Below, one piece after another: positions 10,122-17,039 of a stretch of 51,275 nucleotides of DNA; within the stretch, counting starts at the first letter, position 1, and each line of letters opens with the position of its first letter. A program made the translations under genes and the position numbers. Origin of the DNA: a virus. Taxonomy: Duplodnaviria > Heunggongvirae > Uroviricota > Caudoviricetes. Where the stretch lies: the IMG/VR virus record IMGVR_UViG_3300035670_000056, positions 64,001 to 115,275 of that record; one strand, given 5' to 3'. The notes under the pieces were generated by a model. That model was not told the DNA's origin. It searched no databases and saw only the letters and a program-made list of their open reading frames with translations.

Positions 10122-10814
10122 CTAAGCGTGACACAACCAAGCTTGTATATTAAATCTCTTGTTTTCCCAAGACAAATCCTTCGGTGCTGTAATTTCACTA
10201 CAAGCGTGAAACACACTAGATGGAAAAATAGTCAATTGATTGCTGGTCAATGGTAACTTATATGTATTGTTCTTGTACATAAAGTACTGTTCTCCACCTT
10301 TCATTACACTTGGATCTTGTACCAATGTAAGCGCAAATGTAAATGCGTTTTGTTTGTTTACCTCTATGCCATCCCAAGTCATACCACTAACAGATAAATC
10401 ACGGTGCCAATTATAATAACCACCGTCGCCATAGTTGATGATATGATACTTATACAAATATCTGTATTTTGAATACGCGTTTAATTCTTCATTTTTAGCG
10501 TGGGTTAGAAAATCTAGTGTTCCTTGGTGAAAAATATATTTGCTTAGATTTGATATATAATAACCAAGATCTTGATTTTTTTCTTGGTTCTGTTTTTCAA
10601 ACGGAAGCCAAACATCTTGTCCAGTACACAATGGACTCAATGGTTCATCTGGATTATAAGCAAGTCCATCATTATAACCACCACTCCAATGTGGTACACC
10701 AAAATGCGGTTTTAATCTAATAAAGTCTTCATATAGTTTTTTTACATAATCTCTGGGAAGAAAATTATCAATTACTACAAGAGGAATGGTTTCGTGTTCT
10801 ACAGGAATATACAT
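10122..10814 (-). CDS. 2OG-Fe(II) oxygenase (prolyl-4-hydroxylase-like)
   Basis: YNWHRD, KGGE, FHAC and RFNIQAW give the HxD...H...R motif. Confidence 0.85.
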   Translation of the reverse strand: MYIPVEHETIPLVVIDNFLPRDYVKKLYEDFIRLKPHFGVPHWSGGYNDGLAYNPDEPLSPLCTGQDVWLPFEKQNQEKNQDLGYYISNLSKYIFHQGTLDFLTHAKNEELNAYSKYRYLYKYHIINYGDGGYYNWHRDLSVSGMTWDGIEVNKQNAFTFALTLVQDPSVMKGGEQYFMYKNNTYKLPLTSNQLTIFPSSVFHACSEITAPKDLSWENKRFNIQAWLCHA

Positions 10815-10827
10815 AACATTTATATTT

Positions 10828-11532
10828 TTAATTATACCAACCAGATACGCTAATTCTTTCTTTGTTTGAATTGTTGACCACCTGAGTTACACAATGAGGT
10901 GCAACTCCAGCGGTTACTTCAAAAATAACCAATTTATTAAAAGATGGATTAATAGCTCTAATGTTGTTTTTGTCTCTCAAATCCAAATATAACCCACCAA
11001 AATCAGGATTCCAATCTTTAGTTAAATGACACACAAATGCCAGCTTGCCATTTACATCATCTGTATGATTGCTTAAAAAACATTTTTCAGAATAACGACT
11101 TACAAATGTTTTATCACCCGTCGTAATATTTAGATCTGTTACACTATTGATAAAGTCTATCATTTCTTTACCGTTAAAGAAAGCCATTGTTTCATTATAA
11201 ACAGTGCAATTGAACTTTTCCATTACCCCAGGCATTGTTTTAAAGAAAAAGTAACTAAACAAATTGTTATCTCTGGCATTACAAGCGTGTTGATACGCTT
11301 GTTCCATAACATATCTGTTGGTAGGAACATTTTGCCACCATTCCCAATCACCTTCATATCTAAGAGATGGCATATATGTAGCACACCAATGTTCTTTATT
11401 CATCTCAGTTGTATAGTACTTGTGTAACTTTTCAGCCCATTCTTCTGTCAAAAAGTTATCTATTACAACCCGTCTGTTTTTGATAAATTCTTCTTTATAA
11501 GCAGAAGCATTGATATTTTTTATATTAATCAT
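10828..11532 (-). CDS. 2OG-Fe(II) oxygenase (proline hydroxylase-like)
   Basis: FLSNHTDD, WNPDFGG, PHCVTQV, RISVSGWY. Confidence 0.85.
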   Translation of the reverse strand: MINIKNINASAYKEEFIKNRRVVIDNFLTEEWAEKLHKYYTTEMNKEHWCATYMPSLRYEGDWEWWQNVPTNRYVMEQAYQHACNARDNNLFSYFFFKTMPGVMEKFNCTVYNETMAFFNGKEMIDFINSVTDLNITTGDKTFVSRYSEKCFLSNHTDDVNGKLAFVCHLTKDWNPDFGGLYLDLRDKNNIRAINPSFNKLVIFEVTAGVAPHCVTQVVNNSNKERISVSGWYN

Positions 11533-11535
11533 ATA

Positions 11536-11769
11536 TTAGCCATTTAAAACATTTTTGACACATCCTTTTGATAGAGCTAAAATTTCATCAAGTGTTTCCT
11601 TAACTCTAATAGATCCACCATTCTGGTGAGATGTATTAATAACAGTGTGCTTACCACTAGGACTTGGTTCCATACTAACCGCTCTATCCAAATTAAATAA
11701 AATTGGAATATAAGTGCGGGTATTATCGTGATTCAGATCCAACTGATTTAGTTTTACAAAATGTGCCAT
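11536..11769 (-). CDS. Small FlbD-like hypothetical protein
   Basis: FVKL...FNLD.....E......T.I......I.VKETLDEI pattern; sigma70-like promoter upstream. Confidence 0.4.
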   Translation of the reverse strand: MAHFVKLNQLDLNHDNTRTYIPILFNLDRAVSMEPSPSGKHTVINTSHQNGGSIRVKETLDEILALSKGCVKNVLNG

Positions 11770-11779
11770 ATTTTCTATT

Positions 11780-11808
11780 AATATATAACGAGTATTTTAG
11801 TGGGTCAA
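11780..11808 (-). promoter_or_regulatory. Sigma70-type promoter
   Basis: TTGACC-17 nt-TATATT. Confidence 0.6.
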
Positions 11809-11843
11809 GTAAAATATGAAAATATAATAACTACTTATAGTTA

Positions 11844-12239
11844 ATGGCAGTTACTAATACATTTGGATCAGTTTGTGAAACTTGGAACTCATATTGTTTC
11901 ACTTGGGGCGATTGTATTGCTTCTGTTGTTGAAGTTTTGGAGGGAGGAGCTAGAAATCCTCAAGAATGGGGAGATCATCCTTTTGATAATTATGAAGATC
12001 AACAAAAGGCATTGCTTGATTTTCAATTAAAGAATCCTCAAAAAACAGCTAAACTTGTTGACATATTATTAAAGTGTCAAAATAAAAAATATAAGAAAAC
12101 TATTGAAATACCCGACAAAAAGATATTTATAAAAGTAAATGACGTAAACTTTATTATTGATACACTTAATGAGGTAGGCGTTGACATAAAAAATATAAGA
12201 AAGTATAACGACGATGAGCTACAAAATTTACTTGGATAA
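11844..12239 (+). CDS. Hypothetical protein
   Basis: ORF preceded by TACTTATA (11832-11839). Confidence 0.55.
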   Translation: MAVTNTFGSVCETWNSYCFTWGDCIASVVEVLEGGARNPQEWGDHPFDNYEDQQKALLDFQLKNPQKTAKLVDILLKCQNKKYKKTIEIPDKKIFIKVNDVNFIIDTLNEVGVDIKNIRKYNDDELQNLLG

Positions 12240-12729
12240 AGATTTTGCATTTGAATGTGAAGCAGCAATTAAAAATGCATCATACAAAAACAGTTCCGCT
12301 CGCTTGATCCTCGAAAGCGACGACGTAAATCTTGTGTTTTATGGCAACGTAGATAAAAATACAATCAATGTACCAATCAAAAGTTTAAAGAAATACTTTA
12401 CAGAAAAAGATAGTGCAAAAATAAAATTGGAAGTTATTGTAGAAAATCAATTGGTTACTCCGTGGGAAAGTGAAGTTGAATTTGATAACTACAATAAGGT
12501 GGAGATCAAAGAAATCAAAAATATCAAACAAAACCCATTGGTGGAAATTAAAATAAAAGAAGAACCAAAAGAAGAAGTTATCGTTGAAAAAACAAAACCT
12601 GTGGATAGTCCAAAACAAAGTCTTTTAAAGAACATCAACGAAGAAATCAAAAAGATAAAAGCAAACGGAAAAATAAATAAAGAGGCAAAAAAAGAATTAA
12701 TTAAAAATCTATTACAAAAAGGTTTATAA
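12214..12729 (+). CDS. Hypothetical protein
   Basis: 171-aa ORF in a co-oriented run. Confidence 0.55.
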   Translation: MSYKIYLDKDFAFECEAAIKNASYKNSSARLILESDDVNLVFYGNVDKNTINVPIKSLKKYFTEKDSAKIKLEVIVENQLVTPWESEVEFDNYNKVEIKEIKNIKQNPLVEIKIKEEPKEEVIVEKTKPVDSPKQSLLKNINEEIKKIKANGKINKEAKKELIKNLLQKGL

Positions 12730-12744
12730 TTAATATAATATGAT

Positions 12745-13296
12745 ATGCCAGTTTTTCCATCACAAAATCTAAATACACAAAAAATTTGTGAGTCATATCC
12801 AAAATTATTACAAGTATATAGCAGTAGCTTAGTTCTCGACGGTACAGGTAGTTTAATAAAATTTTTAAATCTTACATCAAGTTATGCACTCAATTGTAAC
12901 TGTCCATCAGGATCGGGCGGTACACAACTATATACAGGCAGTACTTATCCAATTACAAGTAGTTGGGCATTATATACACTGACTAGTAGTTATATACAAG
13001 TTACAGGTGTAAGTTATCCAGTAAGAAAAATCAATAACAACTACACTATAGTAAAAACCACTGATTATACTATTCTATGTGATGCAACTAGTGGTAGCTT
13101 TGATGTTAAATTGCCAAATCCATCGGGTAACACAAACATTTATAACATAAAAAAAATAGATCACACAGGTCATTGTGTAAACGTGATGGTAACAAATGCT
13201 TCTTATATAGACTATGATGTTACTCAAAGTATTTGTCATAGAGGTACAAATATGACCATACAAAGTGATGGTACAAACCAATATTGGATATTATAA
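12745..13296 (+). CDS. Tail fibre-like protein
   Basis: Shares the GGTQLYTGSTYPITSSWAL module with 5358-6539; beta-rich C-terminal domain. Confidence 0.55.
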   Translation: MPVFPSQNLNTQKICESYPKLLQVYSSSLVLDGTGSLIKFLNLTSSYALNCNCPSGSGGTQLYTGSTYPITSSWALYTLTSSYIQVTGVSYPVRKINNNYTIVKTTDYTILCDATSGSFDVKLPNPSGNTNIYNIKKIDHTGHCVNVMVTNASYIDYDVTQSICHRGTNMTIQSDGTNQYWIL

Positions 13297-13299
13297 TTT

Positions 13300-14532
13300 A
13301 TGTCATACTTCGAAAAAACAAGAATATTATCAGCAGACAGTCCAAGCATCGATGCTTTCGGTAAATGGCGTGTTAGTCAACCAACCACATTATTCGATGG
13401 CAAACAAATAGTTGATAGCGGCAGTTTCTACTTTGATATCAAAACAACATCTGGCGGTACTGTAACGTGGAATAGTGGTAGCGCTCAAAGCACAATGGCT
13501 GTAACTTCTACAAGTGGTAGTAGAGCTATAAAACAAACCAAAAGAATATTTATATATCAGCCAGGTAAAAGTCAACAAATCATTTGCACAGGTAAATTTG
13601 ATGGCAGAGTTGACGGCATAAAGAAAAGTATGGGTAGTTTCGATGATGATAATGGATATTTCTTTCAAACAAGTGGTAGCAGTTTTGGTATAGTATTAAG
13701 AAAAACAATCAATGGTGTAAGAACAGATACATTTGTAAGTCAAAGCACTTGGAACTTAGATAAAATGAATGGTACAGGTCCATCTGGTAATACCTTGGAT
13801 GTAAGTAAAGCTCAAATTTATACAATGGATTATGAATGGTTAGGTGTGGGTAGAATTCGTTATGGAGTTGTACAAAAAGGTATATTGATATATGTACACG
13901 AAATAAACAACTATAATAGTCTAGAAACAGTTTACTTGCGCAATCCTAATTTACCCATAAGATATGAAATAAGTACCCACAAAAATACCACAACTGGCAG
14001 TTTGATGACACAAATATGTAGCACAGTTATAAGTGAAGGTGGTTTTGATAATACAGGCAAAAGAGTGGTCATTACAAGTAATAATGGTGCTACTATTGGT
14101 GCAAGTGAATATGACGCTGTATTGTTTATAAGATATAATAGTGCTACGTCTAAATGTGCTCAAATCATACCTGAACAATTAGATTTATTGATAAAGCCTG
14201 GCAATAGTAGCACCTTTGCCGGAAGATGGGAGTTATTAGTTAACCCAACGGTAACAAATGCCGTAACCTATAACAACGTTAGTGGATCGGTAGTAACACA
14301 AGTGGGTGTAGTAAGTGCTGGAAATGTTATAATAGACCCAGGCACAATTATAGCAACTGGATATTTTGCTGGTACATCAGCTAATAGTGTGGCGCAAATG
14401 GTAACATTGGATCCATATTATGGTTTGGGTAGAAAAATAGACAATAGCAGCGATGTATTAGCAATTGCTATAAAAACAATAGATAATACATACACAGTAT
14501 ATCCATCATTAATAGTTAGAGAATTAACATAA
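13300..14532 (+). CDS. Putative virion structural protein (DAFGKWRVSQPTTLFD type)
   Basis: 410-aa beta-rich ORF next to fibre-like genes. Confidence 0.5.
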   Translation: MSYFEKTRILSADSPSIDAFGKWRVSQPTTLFDGKQIVDSGSFYFDIKTTSGGTVTWNSGSAQSTMAVTSTSGSRAIKQTKRIFIYQPGKSQQIICTGKFDGRVDGIKKSMGSFDDDNGYFFQTSGSSFGIVLRKTINGVRTDTFVSQSTWNLDKMNGTGPSGNTLDVSKAQIYTMDYEWLGVGRIRYGVVQKGILIYVHEINNYNSLETVYLRNPNLPIRYEISTHKNTTTGSLMTQICSTVISEGGFDNTGKRVVITSNNGATIGASEYDAVLFIRYNSATSKCAQIIPEQLDLLIKPGNSSTFAGRWELLVNPTVTNAVTYNNVSGSVVTQVGVVSAGNVIIDPGTIIATGYFAGTSANSVAQMVTLDPYYGLGRKIDNSSDVLAIAIKTIDNTYTVYPSLIVRELT

Positions 14533-14539
14533 AATATAA

Positions 14540-14641
14540 AGATATATAAACCAATATTTATTGCTATAAGCACTACAAGAAACAACCACACGAATAAAAA
14601 TACTAGAAAATAGAATCTCACAACTAGAATCTAAACAATAA
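14540..14641 (+). pseudogene. Relic C-terminal coiled coil resembling the tail of a tail-fibre chaperone (peptidase S74) domain
   Basis: YKPIFIAI, then a frameshift to ALQETTTRIKILENRISQLESKQ*; no start codon. Confidence 0.35.
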
Positions 14642-14645
14642 CCAC

Positions 14646-14679
14646 AAAAACCCCACCAAATTAATGATGGGGTTTTTTT
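14646..14679 (+). terminator. Intrinsic terminator, possibly bidirectional
   Basis: AAAAACCCCA...TGGGGTTTTTTT. Confidence 0.8.
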
Positions 14680-14746
14680 ATTAAATAATTTTAACGATTT
14701 TTCTACTTTTTTTCTACTTTGATATATTCAATCACTATTTATTAGT

Positions 14747-14890
14747 ATGGGAAGAAAACAAAAATATATCACAGATGAAGAAAAATTAAACGCACGCCGT
14801 GAAAGACAAATGCGTTATTATTTCAATAATCAACAAGTTAAAAAAGAAAAAGCATTAGAAAGATATTACAAAAAGAAAGGGGAAAAATGA
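14747..14890 (+). CDS. 47-aa basic mini-protein coupled to the GIY-YIG gene (not in ORF track)
   Basis: MGRKQKYITDEEKLNARRERQMRYYFNNQQVKKEKALERYYKKKGEK*; TATTTATT at 14736-14743; ATGA overlap with 14887. Confidence 0.7.
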   Translation: MGRKQKYITDEEKLNARRERQMRYYFNNQQVKKEKALERYYKKKGEK

Positions 14891-15693
14891 AACTCTATTT
14901 GATGATAAAAACACATAATATAACCGGCAAAAAATATTTATGCAAAAAACAAGCTAGAAGTGATGTAGAGGCTGTTAAATACACAGGATCAGGTCTTAAA
15001 TGGAAACCACATTTAAAAGAATTTGGCAAAAATTTTACTACTGAAATTTTGTTTGTTTGTCCAATTGAAAACAAGAAGGAATTTAGAAAAATAGCTATAG
15101 ATTATAGTTATAAACTTAATATTTTAAGTGATTCAAATTGGATGAATATGATATTAGAAGATGGCGGTGGTGGTTCAACATCAGAAACAAATGGTAGTAA
15201 AGGTAAAAAATGGATTTATAAAGATGAACAAAGAAAAAGTGTATGTCAAAGTGTATTGCAAGAGTATCTATCAAATGGTTGGACTCTTGGATTTCCAGAA
15301 AAATTTAAAAAAATCATTTCTGATTATAGCAAAGGAAAAATTCCGTGGAATAAAAATAAAAGTTTAAAACTTCCACATGAATATACATCAAGAATTTATA
15401 AAAAGAAATATAATACAAATAAAAATAAAAAGAATGAATATACTAGTGAACTTAGAAGTTTAATTGCAAAAGAATGTTTAAATAGACCAGAAGTATTATT
15501 GAAATTTAAACAACCAAGAAAATCCCCAATTACAGCAAAAAATGTAACCACGAATGAAATTAAAACTCTTGGTAGAAGACAATGGCATGATGTTCACCAA
15601 ATAGATTATAGGAAACTTTTGAAGGGATATACATCAAAAGGATGGAAGATGGTAGTGGTACCGGGACTTGAACCCGGAACTTCACCCTTATAA
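14887..15693 (+). CDS. GIY-YIG (Seg-like) homing endonuclease
   Basis: LYLMIKTHNITGKKYL...YTGSGLKWKPHLKEFG N-terminus. The C-terminus runs antisense into tRNA-Ile(UAU). Confidence 0.8.
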   Translation: MKLYLMIKTHNITGKKYLCKKQARSDVEAVKYTGSGLKWKPHLKEFGKNFTTEILFVCPIENKKEFRKIAIDYSYKLNILSDSNWMNMILEDGGGGSTSETNGSKGKKWIYKDEQRKSVCQSVLQEYLSNGWTLGFPEKFKKIISDYSKGKIPWNKNKSLKLPHEYTSRIYKKKYNTNKNKKNEYTSELRSLIAKECLNRPEVLLKFKQPRKSPITAKNVTTNEIKTLGRRQWHDVHQIDYRKLLKGYTSKGWKMVVVPGLEPGTSPL

Positions 15694-15726
15694 GGAGTGT
15701 ACTCTAACCACTTGAGTTATACCACT
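15650..15726 (-). tRNA. tRNA-Ile(UAU)
   Basis: AGTGGTA/TACCACT acceptor, CACTC-CTTATAA-GGGTG anticodon arm, TTCAAGT T-loop, encoded CCA. Confidence 0.92.
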
Positions 15727-15735
15727 ATCAAAAAA

Positions 15736-15815
15736 TGGAGCGGTGTCTCGGACTTATTTATTCACCGGCCTTCTCACTGGAATGTGAACGTGCTCCTCAT
15801 AGACACTAACACCGC
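15736..15815 (-). tRNA. Aberrant tRNA-Gly-like gene (UCC in a 6-nt loop, enlarged T-loop)
   Basis: GCGGTGT/ACACCGC acceptor, U73, CCA; TTCAC-ATTCCA-GTGAG arm; no TTC in the T-loop. Confidence 0.6.
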
Positions 15816-15823
15816 ATTAAAAT

Positions 15824-15896
15824 TGGAGCGGGTCCGAACTTTGCATTTCGCCTTTTAGTCTGGTAGACTAACGTGCTCTCTTTACACTTGACCCGC
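15824..15896 (-). tRNA. Non-canonical tRNA-Gly(ACC)
   Basis: GCGGGTC/GACCCGC acceptor, U73, CCA; TTAGT-CTACCAG-ACTAA arm; D-loop lacks GG and T-loop lacks TTC. Confidence 0.7.
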
Positions 15897-15905
15897 ATCT
15901 TAAAT

Positions 15906-16209
15906 CAAAATAGGAAGGACTAATGATTACCTCCAAGTTTCAGAATCACGACTGGTTATTCATCCACAGTCCACACGGTTAATTACTCCTTGTGTTAATG
16001 ACTGATGGGATTTGTTTTTCCCACAACGGGCTACGATTTATCATTTATATTTTAGCTACGATCCCGATACGCTCAAATTCAAGGTTGTACGACCTCAAAT
16101 TCTCCATAGATTTACCCTCCATAACTCTTACTCCAACCAATATACAACGTTTTTCAACGCCATATATTGTGCGTTACAACTAAACTAATCGTTGTTCCGC
16201 CACTATCTT
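15906..16209 (-). ncRNA. ~300-nt structured RNA with tmRNA-like topology and an internal short ORF
   Basis: Terminal AAGATAG/CTATTTT stem with G3.U70; GGAGG/CCTTC T-stem analogue; long-range helix 16192-16183 with 15957-15948; GAAA-capped hairpin. Confidence 0.6.
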
Positions 16210-16212
16210 AAA

Positions 16213-16225
16213 TTGTTAAAGAACT
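16213..16225 (-). promoter_or_regulatory. boxA antitermination site
   Basis: AGTTCTTTAACAA(TTTA) versus rrn boxA GCTCTTTAACAATTTA. Confidence 0.7.
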
Positions 16226-16227
16226 AT

Positions 16228-16355
16228 TGAAAAAGTTGATGGGACTTGAACCCACATACATAACGTCTATTTGTAGTTATATCGTTAATCGGCGGTTTTC
16301 CCCGTGTCTACAACTTTGGGTACCGACCTCCTGCTACGCCATTCGCTACAACCTT
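16228..16355 (-). ncRNA. 128-nt tRNA-like RNA with no standard anticodon arm
   Basis: AAGGTTG/CAACTTT acceptor, GTGGG-TTCAAGT-CCCAT T-arm, D-arm-like GCGAATGGCGTAGC, ends in TCA. Confidence 0.65.
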
Positions 16356-16368
16356 CTCAATTGAAAAA

Positions 16369-16646
16369 TGGTAGGCGTGAGTGGATTCGAACCACCGCTT
16401 TACAGATTTTCGTACCACTATAATTTTCATTACACATTTCTGTTTTGTGGTCTGGACTTTCTCTTCATCATAACATTTCTGTTTTAGATGTTTGCCGTTA
16501 AGTCTCTACACCTTCTCATTTCTGAGCTTGGCTCGGGATTGGCAGTTAAGCTTTCCCCGAATTTGACAAATTCTACTTTAGAGATTTCTCTCTAAGCACT
16601 CAATTTACGCTAAAGTCTGTTGACTCTTCCGCTGGTCTACACGCCC
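16369..16646 (-). tRNA. Intron-split tRNA; predicted anticodon UAA (Leu codon UUA) on a class I body
   Basis: Exons 16613-16646 (34 nt) and 16369-16410 (42 nt) join into a perfect 76-nt cloverleaf with CCA. Confidence 0.85.
16411..16612 (-). mobile_element. Group I intron (IC3-like, 202 nt, no ORF)
   Basis: P1 U.G pair (ACTT/GAGT); P2 TTAGAGA-GAAA-TCTCTAA; AAATTCGGGGAA, CAATCCCGAGCCAA, AAGGTGTAGAGACT and AAAGTCC core elements; terminal G. Confidence 0.92.
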
Positions 16647-16656
16647 ATTTAAATTA

Positions 16657-16669
16657 CTTACAAAGAACT
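16657..16669 (-). promoter_or_regulatory. boxA-like site
   Basis: AGTTCTTTGTAAG just downstream of the promoter at 16688-16715. Confidence 0.55.
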
Positions 16670-16687
16670 ATTACTTACTACTCTTTC

Positions 16688-16715
16688 ATCTTACCACATC
16701 TTACTTACTTGTCAA
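16688..16715 (-). promoter_or_regulatory. Sigma70-type promoter with extended -10
   Basis: TTGACA-16 nt-(TGG)TAAGAT. Confidence 0.75.
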
Positions 16716-16735
16716 ACAAGTTTTTCAGAAAAAAA

Positions 16736-16819
16736 TGGTAGGGATGGAGGGACTTGCACCCCCACGGTTTTACCCACGGCTTTTTGAGAGCCGCATGTCT
16801 TCTGTTCCATCACATCCCC
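16736..16819 (-). tRNA. tRNA-Leu(CAA)
   Basis: CGGCT-CTCAAAA-AGCCG arm, long variable arm, T-loop variant TGCAAGT, CCA. Confidence 0.9.
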
Positions 16820-16829
16820 GTTTTTAAAA

Positions 16830-16923
16830 TGGTGGTTCCGCCCGGATTCGAACCGAGACCGTGCTCAAATCTAGAGCTTATCAACGTTATAAGCGTTGCG
16901 TTCTACCGTTAAACTACGGAACC
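16830..16923 (-). tRNA. tRNA(UAU) with a long variable arm
   Basis: CAACG-CTTATAA-CGTTG arm, then ATAAGCTC-TAGATTT-GAGCACGGT; canonical T-arm; CCA; 94 nt. Confidence 0.85.
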
Positions 16924-16929
16924 ACTAAA

Positions 16930-17008
16930 TGGTAGCGGGGACAGGATTTGAACCTGTGACCTCCTGGTTATGAGCCAAGCGAGCTGATCCGGGCTGCTCC
17001 ACCCCGCA
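16930..17008 (-). tRNA. tRNA-Met(CAU), initiator-like
   Basis: U1:U72 mismatch and GCGGGGTGGAGCAGCCCGG fMet-like body; the anticodon stem has only two of the three consecutive G-C pairs. Confidence 0.85.
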
Positions 17009-17015
17009 AATTGTT

Positions 17016-17028
17016 TTGTTAAAGAACT
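17016..17028 (-). promoter_or_regulatory. boxA antitermination site
   Basis: AGTTCTTTAACAA downstream of the promoter at 17040-17067. Confidence 0.7.
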
Positions 17029-17039
17029 AACTAAAAATT

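Noticed and set aside
14418-14621. Hydrophobic minus-strand ORF
   Set aside because: It overlaps a convergent gene end; the hydrophobicity reflects the A-rich plus strand.
15906-16209. Identification as RNase P RNA, a group I intron, 6S, GOLLD or ROOL
   Set aside because: No GAGGAAAGUCC-type core and no intron P4-P7 set; shorter than GOLLD/ROOL. Cannot be assigned without a covariance search.
16265-16290. CUA amber-suppressor anticodon in the 128-nt element
   Set aside because: It lies in an oversized loop with no U-turn context, and genes show no stop-codon recoding.
16369-16646. Reading the intron-containing tRNA as tRNA-Phe(GAA)
   Set aside because: The G before AAAA is the intron's terminal G and is removed on splicing; P1 pairing favours a cut after U34.
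16860-16880. A second Ile anticodon (GAU) centred in the variable-arm loop
   Set aside because: No U33 or purine 37 context; likely coincidence.
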